From NCBI GenBank assembly GCA_010093745.1, contig MU005958.1:1-64000 (forward strand): 64,000 bases of DNA, given 5' to 3'. The stretch comes from Piedraia hortae CBS 480.64 (taxonomy: Eukaryota). Of this stretch, positions 10,931 through 21,418 are shown piece after piece. Positions within the stretch are counted from its first letter, which is position 1. The number at the start of each line of letters is the position of its first letter. Below the pieces are notes generated by a model. The model was not told where the DNA came from. It saw only the letters and a list, made by a program, of their open reading frames with translations, and ran no database searches. The translations under genes were made by a program, and so were the position numbers.

Positions 10931-11342
10931 AAGCTGTCCGAAATTGACTAATCTATACGACCTCCCCGCTTCGGGCATAGCCCACTAAAAAAGAGCAGTT
11001 ATTGAGCTGCGGTTTGAAAATTTACCGACTCGCGGCGTGTCCTGGGGTTTACATAGGGTAGCGTTGAACGTTGATATCATGTCATAATGTTCAGTTGTCA
11101 ACTGATCCGTGATGCTACGTGATACTGCCTGTACCTCACTCTGCCCGTACCTAAAGCGATGCGTGATTCTGTAACCGTGTTGTGATGTGCGACTCTGCCC
11201 CCAACTGTGATGTAATGTAGAACTCCTCCTGTAACTGTGATGTGACGAGTGGTGACTTGACATGTGATGCGAGGTTCCTGATCAGCGACGGCGATGTGAC
11301 GACAATTATGCGGACATTGTTCCCCTTCCGGCCAGACGTTTA

Positions 11343-11375
11343 ATTTCCCCGTGGGGAAATGTAATCCATCTGGGG
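11343..11375. promoter_or_regulatory. Perfect inverted repeat ATTTCCCC-GT-GGGGAAAT with two SYGGRG (CreA/Mig1-like) motifs, upstream of the DUF3712 gene
   Basis: Palindrome at 11343-11360; GTGGGG at 11351 and CTGGGG at 11370. Confidence 0.3.
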
Positions 11376-11679
11376 AAGTGGCCGTGCACTGCAAAATACC
11401 TGGACGCTCGGCATGCAGCTAGACCCACCAGGCTGGCTGTTGCCTGCAGCCACGGAGGCATGTGATTACCCAAATTTTTTTCCCTCGGTCGCCACGTTCA
11501 ACACAAATCCTGGAACGAGAAAGCCTGGGAGGGGTATGGGAAAGGCCGAGGAAAGACGGTGTCGCGACGGCGCGGACGGGGCCCAGGAGGGCCAGTTCAC
11601 TCCACGTGATAGCCTTCATCTTAATCACTTCATTCAATAACCCCAGCAGTCACAATAGAATTGTACAGATCGTAGAGAG

Positions 11680-12708
11680 ATGGAGAAATCGCCAGAGCCG
11701 TCGACGCTGGAGAACAGCGGCCCAAGCCAAGGGACGCAGCGACCTCCAAAACGCCGCGGCCATTGCCTGCGCTTCTGGTGGCTCTACCTTATCATCTGGC
11801 TGCTAGTCACTCTCGTCCTAATCCTGTTGCTGACCTACGTCGCCTACCCAAGCATAGCCCGTAAGGCAATTCGCACGTCGCACCTCAACGTAACTTCCCA
11901 ATCATCGACCAATCCAACCCCCGAACAATTGACGCTAAACCTCACCGCGACCCTCTTCACCTCTTCCATCTTCCATCCCGTGCTAAAGCCTTTCAATGCA
12001 ACCGTCTTCCTCGAAGGCCGCGACGTGGCAATTTACACGGTGCAAACGCCGCGTGTAAATTCGGCGCGGAAGGGCACATCGGAGCACATTTACCAACGCG
12101 TGGAAATATCCTCGGTCGACGAATTCACCACCCTCGCCAAGGCCCTCGCCGCAAATGACACCGTAACCTTCCGCCTACGTGGCAAGGGCGGCCTCCGTCT
12201 GGGAAAACTCCCACATATAAGCGTCAACTACAACGCCAAAGCCTACCTCGCTGGCCTCGGAGGTCTCCAATTCATTACCGTCCCAGAATTCTCCCTTCTC
12301 TCCTCAACAGACAAGCAGCCCGACAATGCAAACGCCGTCGGCCGCGTCAGCATCAACAACCCCAGCGCCCTAACCCTCCAGCTGGGCGATGTCCTGCAAA
12401 CACACTATGTCGATGGCATCCGCATCGCGAACTCGACTATCCCGAGCATGACCCTCAGTCCAGGCAATCTAACCTATCCCATCCGCTTCACCAGCGATCA
12501 GGCTGCGGTCCTCAAAGTCCTCCAGAGTAAAGCCGCGTACAAATGTGGCCAGTTCCCCGTCGAGATTAAAACAACTGAGGTCCGCTTTGATAATAAGAGG
12601 ATTCCGTATTTTTCGGAGAGTATGGCTGCGCTCACGCTTCATACTAGAATGGATATCAAGGATGCGTTGAATAAGGCCGGCTTGGGAGCCGTGGTCAAAG
12701 GGTGTTAG
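11680..12708 (+). CDS. DUF3712-like type II membrane protein (LEA-2-like beta-rich lumenal domain)
   Basis: HCLRFWW followed by a TM helix and YPSIA; INNPSALTLQLGDV and LSPGN motifs. Confidence 0.8.
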   Translation: MEKSPEPSTLENSGPSQGTQRPPKRRGHCLRFWWLYLIIWLLVTLVLILLLTYVAYPSIARKAIRTSHLNVTSQSSTNPTPEQLTLNLTATLFTSSIFHPVLKPFNATVFLEGRDVAIYTVQTPRVNSARKGTSEHIYQRVEISSVDEFTTLAKALAANDTVTFRLRGKGGLRLGKLPHISVNYNAKAYLAGLGGLQFITVPEFSLLSSTDKQPDNANAVGRVSINNPSALTLQLGDVLQTHYVDGIRIANSTIPSMTLSPGNLTYPIRFTSDQAAVLKVLQSKAAYKCGQFPVEIKTTEVRFDNKRIPYFSESMAALTLHTRMDIKDALNKAGLGAVVKGC

Positions 12709-15559
12709 CATACAGGAGAGACCTGCTTCGCGGCAGTGTGGAACACGATCGTTATTCTTAATGGGAAAGCGGGCGTTTTGGATGGTACGGAGTATGTGGT
12801 GGGTTTGTACAGTGTACATGGTGTTTTTGTGCTACGATTTTCCTCTCATCTTCGATGTTATCAGTCTACTTGGTATGCAGAATGGCTGCTGGGGTGGAAT
12901 GCGGTAGAGAAACTTTCGTCCGTGAATGATACCCCAAACTGTGGAATCGATACGCACATATCAATCCCACAGTATGTGGATCGGCCACGCAGAGGGGGTG
13001 TCATCTGAATACATTGCCTAATCCAAGCATTCTCCCTCACAATTGCCGGTCTAGGTGCCCATGGGTTTGGTACAGGGGCCAGACCGATTCCCTGCAACTA
13101 CAAGTCATGTGAAGCACCAGGGTCAGGCATTACGGACATTGGTGTAAGAAATATATTTCCCCGCCTTCACCGTTCCCACCCATCAATGGGGCGTTCAGGG
13201 CGCGTCCAATGTAAGCCACAGCAAGCCGGGGTAGATCCCGATCGTGGAGATTTGAAAATCCCCAGACCGTTGTCCCAAATAAGGGTGCTTAAATAACAAC
13301 CGTTAGATAAGCCATGAAACTACTCAACGCTTTGGCGTATTCCACAAGACTAGGTAGCCCGCCCTCATAATTGGCGTGGTTGATTCTCTCCTTGGCTGGC
13401 TGATATTGGTCAAGTGCCGGCGTAATTTCTCGGTGTAGGTTTGAGAGGACTTTATGTCACCAGATGGATATTCAACGTGAACCGCTGTGATTTTATTCCC
13501 TCCACATCTGTTTGTGAACAGCTGTGGGTAAAGTTGCGCGTCCGACCCCGAAGTGGGGCAGCTTGAGTTTTGCTCCCCATCTCTCTCACAGTCCTTGTTG
13601 GACAAGCCGAACATAGGACTCCCGGTTAGCTACCTGAAACGCGATCAAAGGCCAACCGCCGCAAGCAATGATGTATGTGCGGTCATGTTGCTTTGCATGG
13701 TCAGGGGCCCGAAGCTGTATTCACCCACCTTAGGGTCTGGCTGAAGGGTGGGGCAAGCTTGGCGCACAGCGTAAACTCTCACTTCTCGCCATCTTTACCA
13801 CGCCCATCGTTAGGATCTCTCGCACCTCAGCCAAGTTCATCCACTTCTACAGTACTGTCGCTCTGACCCATGCTGTGAGAGTTTTTGAGACAGGCGCAGT
13901 TACAGGAATGTTTGCTGTAAGTTAAGGAGGTGTTTCCGTCTCCCGGTCTGCATCGGCCCGAGAACAAGCTCCTCCGCTGCTACTAGTAGCCACCCCACAG
14001 CCAAGCAATCACGTCACTCTCAAGTGGCGATGGTGGTTGATACCATGTCCATCGAGAATGGGGAAGTGGCCGGTCAGCCTTTTTGCTAAGGCTGTGCCAG
14101 CCCTTTTATGCCACCGAGCGACCAGATGTGGCACCACCGACAGGGGCATGTCGTATACGAAGTGAAAACTCTGGTAATCCGACGGAACATTTACCTCCAA
14201 CAGCAGAGTGGATATCAACAGCCGCCAAATACTGCAGGAGGGCGTTTACCGGATTTTCAGAGTGGAGTGGATTGTTCATCTCAAAAGCTAATACCAGCAG
14301 AGAGGTCGCCAACATGGCTCGGTCAACCAGAAATATGCTCGCCTTCGGCCGGAGCTTGCCTTCCTGGCAGCGTACATCCTAGTCAGACTGTCTCAAGGTT
14401 AGAAACCGTGGAAATCAGCATTTGACTTATTGACTGGAGGCAAATCTGCTTGCCCCTGAGTGCCTCGCGTATGCCCATATCCATTCGACGGAAACAGATC
14501 CACATCGTTTGTTAATCGCCGCTCGCGTTTCATGAGCCCAACCGCATGTAATAACTATATGGGGAACTGTTGGTGGGATCAACTGGGGGCAATGTCTGAG
14601 TATGAAGTGCGGAAATACACTCATGGTCCGCGGAAGGGTTGCCGAATTACATGCCGTGAGTCACATAGGGTTATGGTCATTGTCCATGCCTCATTGCCGC
14701 GTCAAGCTGGAGTACTTCCGATGGCGGGGACTTCAATGGATGATTCCAAGCCGGCTTATGGATGCAACATTACGAAGTCGCCGAAGAGTACAGGAAACAT
14801 GCTGCGAAGCGATCTGAAATATCGCACACATGGATTCCGCTGAGCCAAACTTCTATAGCCTGGGGTGCTCAGTCAACGCGATCAAATCTGCCCTTTTGCT
14901 TGATACGTCGGGTCAAAAGCACTCAAGCTACTCTGGAATTTCAAATTGGAAGAGCCAATGCGCGTCGACAGTTCATAGTCGAGGCGTTGTAGCATTGCAA
15001 ACGAACTCGACGCTTCTTACTCGGATTCTAAGCAGAGAACCAAGGTGTGCATGTATAGGATATCTCGGGGGTGATCAAGATGGGAAAAAAATCCATAGCA
15101 GCAGACCCTCTCAAACGAACATATCTGAAGCTGCTTATAAAGCACCCCGAGCTTCCTCCATGTGGCAATGGGGGTGACCACTTGCAGAAGCTGTGAACAA
15201 CGTCCGTGAGCTGGCACACCGTATCGCCATGGCTACCAGTCCCCGCCTTCGGTCAAAGGCCTTGCCTTCCAGTGGAAAGCGAACTGTCAATATTTACGCC
15301 ACCTGACCCATTGATTATTCAGGAACCGCCAAGCCCATAGTATGCTTGTGATTTCGAGGAAGATGCCATTTTGTTCGCATATTACCACTCGACCACCCAG
15401 CCAATAATCGACTCACAGACCAAGACATTGCTCGCTCTTCTCAAAAAACTTGCCGCCATTCCCAATCCTGAGAGCCCTTCCTTGAAACGCCTCAAGAAGT
15501 ATCGCAACAAAATCCCCAAGCTGAGAGTCATATGCCGTGAGAATGAGCAGAAAGAGACA

Positions 15560-15960
15560 TTCTACCAAGTGAGCATCCTGGACACCACCCGTATGCAAGC
15601 CAACAAGAAGCTCGGGAAGATCAATTAGTACCCAGAAGTCACGTACGGAGTGAGGCAGACCTGCTGAACGAAACAACAAATATTCCGGCGAACCATACGA
15701 TATATTCGACGATAGAATGAAGATCTTCCTCAGCAAATGCCTCCACAGCGAGGAACACCCCGGCCAATTTTCCGCTGTATTCCCACAAATTCTCAATGGC
15801 CGCGCAGAAGCATTTTACTCAGGTTGGGAAAACCAGCGTACCAACTACAAAGAAGTTTGGCCTCGTCGGCGGGTTGGGCTAAGGACTCCTCTCTGCTATG
15901 CACATATCACAGCCATTGCATCCAAGCCCAGGGCCGTCAAAGAGGTCATTAAGGTTGACT
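15560..15960 (+). mobile_element. Degenerate LTR-retrotransposon (Ty1/copia-like) gag remnant
   Basis: KYSGEPYDIFDDRMKIFLSKCLHSEEHPGQFSAVFPQILNGRAEAFY resembles fungal copia gag N-terminal regions (recognised from memory); frames are broken and boundaries are approximate. Confidence 0.55.
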
Positions 15961-16924
15961 CTGGACTCGCCATCTGCTCGCATTGGGAATTGGTTCGCCT
16001 TCACAACCGAACAATGGAGAACGATGTGCTGGCGTTGTCCCAAGCCCAGGTATCCCGGCGGGATTCCGTCAAATCCCGACGAGTCACCAATGCCGCAACT
16101 GGACTGTGTTCAACAATGAGCAAATCAGCGTGCAAAAAGCCGACATTCCAGTGGCCGAATATGGCGCCTCGTTCCTCCTTCCGTTTGGACTAGTGAGCGA
16201 ACCCCGAGTCTGTATGAAGAAAGGGAGGGAAGGGGGGGCGGTGCCGAAGATTACGGAGTGTCGCAAGAGCAGATGCTCTTTTCTTACGGGGTGACGTCCC
16301 CTCATGGCGTCCTTAGCAAGATTTTCTTAAACAACGGCGATTCTGGCAGCATTGTCCTGCACACGCTTTCAGGCAAGTAAATGGGCCTAGCGTTTGGTGG
16401 GACTGCCACCGGCCATACCGTCTTTACACCCATCGGTGTCCTATTGCATGACATTGAGTGCGTAACGGGCCTTAAGGTCGTCGAGGCTGTCATACAACGG
16501 AATCTGTCATGAGGCGGACCTTTAGTAGTGAGAAGCTGACAGGGATGTATCACAAGAGGATTTGCAAAATGATTTGTCGTTGTGCTGTTCGCCTGGATTT
16601 CTGGTATGTTAACCAGTACATGTTCGAGCTGCTTCCATGACCACCGGGAAAGGTTGATTATCCTGAGTCCGTTCAGAGTTCTATCCCAAGACAGCGATAT
16701 TGCAGTGCTAGACCTCCTTGCCAATGGGAAGGTTTCACTGACCGTCCATATCGATGAACCACAATAATGGGAGGTCGATGAGATCTTAGCCAGCAGAGTC
16801 GGTAGTGGGAAGTGCAAGAACAGCGTGAAAGAATCACCTTCCTGGTCTCGCGTGGAGGAACTGGTTTCCCAGAGGATAGGAAATTTTCTCCCTACATCAT
16901 GGATATAAGATTGAGGTATATCTT

Positions 16925-17051
16925 AGTTGAGGGGGATACTAGGTGAGAAGGTTAGGATAGTGTGTGAAGGTGTGTGTACATATATATCGAGGTATCTATG
17001 AAGATGTGACGAGGTGTCATCAGCGAGGTGTCACGTGATGTCACCTCAACT
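16925..17051. mobile_element. 127-bp solo-LTR-like or MITE-like element with an 8-bp terminal inverted repeat and a 5-bp TSD
   Basis: AGTTGAGG...CCTCAACT flanked by ATCTT (16920-16924 and 17052-17056); internal TATATA box. Confidence 0.7.
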
Positions 17052-17060
17052 ATCTTTTAA

Positions 17061-17320
17061 GGGCGCCTTAAAGCGCTTTTAATGGGATCTGAAAAGAGTG
17101 CGGGGAAAAATAAAAGATGGTCGGACCTGTTTTGTTCTCTCTGCGAGAAATCGCGCTAGCCTTGGGGCTAGACCTGCGGTCAATCACCTTCAAATCTAAA
17201 AACAAATTGGAGAATTTATAGAGGTGACAGACCGAACGCGCCGCTTTTAATTTCAGAACTAGATGTATTTTCAAATTTAAAACGCGTCAAAGAGATTAAA
17301 GAGGCCAGCCGAACGCACCC
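17061..17320. mobile_element. Putative Tourist/PIF-Harbinger-like MITE, degenerate
   Basis: TAA on both sides; right end CCGAACGCACCC (reverse complement GGGTGCGTTCGG); left end GGGCGCCTT matches it 7/9; AT-rich interior. Confidence 0.45.
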
Positions 17321-17841
17321 TAAGTTGTTTGTGTTGTGAATGATTCAATGCGTTGTACGATATCCTGTTATAAGGCAGTTGATAGTATGAAAATTGTTAC
17401 TTCGCCATCATGGAGATATCTGGCAGTGGTAAGATGTTTTTCTTCTTCCTACTGTTGGCAACCAGATCACGATAAGGAAATTTCAGTTTCATTCGCACAC
17501 ATGCTCAGTTGGTCTACAGAATGCGGAGTGTCTGAGAAACAATAGTGACAATGCTCTTTGTTCCATTGCTGCAAGTGGGAGCCAGGTACAGAAGAACTCA
17601 AAGCCATTGTATGTACGGACAAAGGACTCGTTACTGTCTAGGGAAAAAGGGCAGATACCACAATGTGGCCATTGTCGATGGTAAGATGTCAATGGCATTG
17701 TGTTCGTTGAAGTGTTTAGCAGCACTGTTTCGCTTTGCACCTTATAAGCCTCAAGTCCGCCATCCTTCTGTTCATATCACTCATCAACTTGCATTGCATT
17801 GCATCTCATCGCATCCACAATCATCTGCATACACTTACAGC

Positions 17842-19188
17842 ATGTTCAGCACCGTCAACACTCTCACCCTCGTCTCTGGTCTTCTAAGCTCGGCTGGTCC
17901 AGCTCTTGGTCATTCCTGGATCGACGAGTTCCAGGTCATCGGCCCCAACGGCAGCTACACCGGCGATCGCGGCTTTGCTCGTGGGTATGTTGCACGCACC
18001 GACCCCTCCTTTAACGGCTTCTCAGTGAACTACCAGGTGCCATCTGATGAATCCGGCCGCATCCGGATCAACTCATCGGACCTCCTCTGCCACCCCTCTC
18101 AGCGTGCTTCCAACTACACAAACCCTAGCTACCCAATGCTGCAGGTCCAGCCAGGCAGCCACGTAGCCATGAAGTACCTGGAGAACGGCCACGTCACCCT
18201 GCCCTGGAACCAGCTCGGCAAGCCAAAGGCCGGCGGCACCGTTTTCGTCTATGGCACCACTCAGCCGTCTGAATCTGAAAAGATGGTCGACGTTCTTCGA
18301 TGGACTAAAGACGGCAAAGGCGGCAACGGCCGTGGCTTTTTGATGGCCGCTCAGGCCTACGACGATGGTAGGTGCCATCAGCTCAACTGCGGAAACGTCT
18401 CCCTCGCCCGCCAGGTCCTCTATCCCAACCACGTTCCGGGCCAGCCCACCTCAAGCCTGGAGCAGTGGTGCGAGAGCAACGTCCACATCCCCGCATCTCA
18501 GCCAGAGGGCAGGTTGACAGTTTATTGGGTCTGGCAGTGGCCCACGGAGCCGAACGCTGACTGCACCTATCCGGGTGGCAAGGATGAGTACTACACCACC
18601 TGTGCTGACTTCAACGTTGTGAACTCTGTTCCTCGGCCAGCATCCTCGCACACTCTTGCACAGGAGAACTATTATAATTGTGAGCAGATGTGTACCTGCA
18701 TACAAATCTCTACGGAAAACTAGTTGACGCGTGAAGTCGAGAGCCGAGCGACGGTTACTAATAATGCGCGTAATATACCGCATATTCACAACAAGAACCC
18801 GCAAACAGCAGCGGTGAGCAATTTCCGCAGCCGCACAGCTTACACTACTTCGCCAACCATCGTCATGATGAGCGGGAGCAAGACAATCAATGCCCCCTCC
18901 GCTGGTGCAACGCAGGATGGTGCTTGTACAAATCCCAACCCAGCTCCTGTGCCTGCTTCGTGCGAACCTGTGACCGTCTTTGACGGTGCAGCTTACACTT
19001 CTGCCTTGAAGGTCAACAAGCAGCTTGCTGACCTGATACAGAGCCTCAGCGCTGCTACAACGCAAGCAGAGACGGTGAGGTATGTGAGCGCCTCGGCGAC
19101 AATGACAAGTTCTGCAGCCTCTATGGCGACGCCTGCCTCGTCAAGCGTGACGATGGCAGCGAGGTCTCATCCTCGCGATTTTCACTAA
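17842..19188 (+). pseudogene. Secreted protein with His at the predicted mature N-terminus and a Ser/Thr/Ala-rich tail, interrupted in frame by a 124-bp element carrying a TAG at 18721
   Basis: Signal peptide MFSTV...PALG|HSWID; ENGHVT, VYWVWQWP and EYYTTCADF motifs; removing the element and one TSD copy restores ..TLAQEN-PQTAAVSNF... Confidence 0.75.
18670..18793. mobile_element. 124-bp solo-LTR-like element with an AGAAC target-site duplication
   Basis: AGAAC at 18665-18669 and 18794-18798; ends TATTATAATT...ATTCACAACA; second identical copy at 1-94. Confidence 0.9.
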
Positions 19189-19454
19189 AGGAAAAGCTTA
19201 TATGTTAGATCAAAAGATAAACTTCTTTTTCAAATTCAAGTGCCCTTTATCACTTTTCATTGTTTCATTGTGATCCTTGTAGGCACACTCATACTCAACT
19301 TCCAGCCTCTCTTTTTTGAGCATATACGCTCTTGCTGGCAATCCAGCAGACGAGCGATAGAGTTGCCTTCCGATCTCGGCTGGCCTTGTAATTTTTGTTG
19401 TCCCAACGCACGTCCCATGCATGACTCAAGTTGGGACCAAGGGACCCAAACACA

Positions 19455-20485
19455 AGCAGACGAAAACCTCTGATTGGCTGCAAGAAAATTCTCAGTGTCC
19501 CGGAAACAGAGATGGCTGGAGGCTAAATGCACATCCACTAGCTTCCATCCGTGGTGTGCCTATTTTACGGCCAATACTGATTCGTGAAGTACAAACAGAT
19601 GATTCCGGAAACCTCTCACTGGCCAGACTAAAAACCCACAGTGATTTGGGGACAGAAGCGGAAGGAGGCAACTTGCGCATCCATTAGCGTCCGTAATTGT
19701 TGTGCCTATTGCGCTTCCAGAATTATCAGTAATACTCAGGCAGAAGATTCTGGAAACCCACTGATCTGCCAGAACAAAAAACACAAAGTGCCTTATGAAA
19801 AGATGCAGAAGGTGGTAAATCCTACATCTATTAGCGTCCGTCGGTAGAATGCATATTGCGCTTCTAAACTGATCTGTGAAGTTCAGGCAGAAGATTGTGT
19901 AAAGCTCTGATCGGTAAGGCAAAAAATTCCACGTTTTTGGAACCAAAAGTGGCTGAGGTACGCTGCATATCCACTAGCTTTCATCCGATGTTTGCCTATT
20001 GTACGGCCAATACTGACCTATGAAGTTCAGGTAGAAAATTCTGGAAACTTTCCATTGGCCAAGAAGAAGAAGCCCACAACGCGGTGAAAACAGATCCGGC
20101 AAGAGGCAGCTTGCACATCCACAAGCGTCCGTTCTCCTCGACCAACCTCAGACGAGCATCAATCAATCTTGATTGACAGGCCTTTAATGGAAGCTAGTGG
20201 AAGTGTGGATGTGTACATTTGCTCCTGCCTCATCTATTCCATGACCGAGATTCACGTACGCACCTTTTGGGTCAGTGAACTTCAACGAAAGTACAAACGC
20301 ACATCCACTAGTGTCCGCTCTCTTTCAAGCTACCCAAGTCGAGCTTCAGTCGAACTGATTGACCGGCCATTGCTGGAGGCTAGTGGATGTGCGGACTTGC
20401 TCCTCAGCTGTTCTCAAGGGACCTCACGGATCATTCTGGGGGCACTATAGGTACACCACTCATGGAAGCTAAGAGATGTGCAAAT
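19455..20485. repeat. Degenerate ~143-148-bp tandem array followed by inverted copies; core motif GCACATCCACTAGCTTCCAT
   Basis: Direct core motifs at 19529, 19675, 19822, 19965, 20113 and 20299; inverted copies at about 20187, 20374 and 20462. Confidence 0.85.
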
Positions 20486-21286
20486 TGTTCTTTCCTCATC
20501 TGTTTACAGGACGCTGTAGGCTTTGCCTCTGGCCAAGCATAGGTTAGTGTCTGTGTTAGGGTCCAATTAGGCAGTCATGTGCGTTTGTCCGCAGAATCTC
20601 CATGTTCTGTCCCCAAACATCACTTTGTTGTGTCTCAAAGAGTGAAAGAGCATCTGTTCTTGCGAGTGTTTCCACAAACTTCGCTGCAGGAGTCTATCAT
20701 CATGCCTGCCTGGGCTTCACGGGAGGGTATGGAACCACAAGACACACCAGACGTGTCCTTCCCTTGAACCATGCTTCCATGCAGTCGTTTTCCGGGTTAA
20801 ATCACCATCCGTGGGCGGGATACAAACGGGTCGGGTCAAATCAAAATGATTTCCTTTCGTTCGTGTCATCCCGTAAGGATCCTTTGCCGTCGATAACCTA
20901 CCGCTGATGTGTGTTGATACTCTTACGATGCCGTCGCTGCTCGTCCGGCCGATATGGCCAACACTCGCTCAAGTCCTTATTTTGTCTTTTTGCGGGAAAC
21001 AAGCAAATATTTTCCGCTCGTTAATGATAGTGCTGCCTTCGCAGCTCCAATGCTGTGCATACGTGAAATATTTTCGTGCACGTCTTCCTGGTAGATGGTT
21101 CCGTCGATTGTGCTGTAAACGTCTTCTCGGATGAGCTCCTGGATTTTCTTATGGATACACTCAAGTGAGCAAGGTAGGTGTTTTCGTGGGATGACTTCAT
21201 AGTGGCGTCCTCGCAAAAAGTCCATCAGTACTCGCAGGCTATTAAAGTGATATATATACCTATATTCCCAAATTATCAAACAATAA

Positions 21287-21401
21287 GCGGCTTTAGCTCA
21301 CTTGGGAGAGCGCCAGACTGAAGTCCAAACTTTGGTTTCAAAGCGGGTTCTAAATGAACCACGTGATCTGGAGGTATTGAGTTCGATCCTCAAAAGCCGC
21401 A
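21287..21401 (+). tRNA. tRNA-Phe(GAA) with a 42-nt intron (21324-21365)
   Basis: Acceptor stem GCGGCTT/AAGCCGC, D stem GCTC/GAGC, anticodon stem CCAGA/TCTGG with GAA at 21320-21322, T arm TTGAG-TTCGATC-CTCAA. Confidence 0.95.
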
Positions 21402-21407
21402 GCTCTG

Positions 21408-21418
21408 TTTTTTTTTTT
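21408..21418 (+). terminator. RNA polymerase III poly-T terminator of tRNA-Phe
   Basis: T run starting 7 nt after the discriminator base. Confidence 0.8.

Noticed and set aside
16302..16817. Transposase or integrase fragment
   Set aside because: Only a vague Cys-rich patch in an alternative frame; no catalytic motif is identifiable.
17332..17341. TGTTGTGAAT as a third copy of the 124-bp element end
   Set aside because: The match does not extend beyond 10 nt.
17545..17841. N-terminal 99 aa of the 392-aa ORF call
   Set aside because: GTG-started extension; the signal peptide begins at the ATG at 17842.
95..18669. A single 18.7-kb LTR retrotransposon bounded by the two identical repeats
   Set aside because: The second copy has its own TSD on both sides, and the interior is housekeeping genes with no pol.
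19455..20485. CRISPR array
   Set aside because: The spacers are homologous to each other, the repeats are degenerate, the context is eukaryotic and there are no cas genes.
20600..21279. Gene upstream of the tRNA
   Set aside because: Short broken frames with no recognisable homology; at most a pseudogene.
12900..21280. Intact Starship element
   Set aside because: No DUF3435 tyrosine-recombinase ORF or clear boundary repeats could be recognised.
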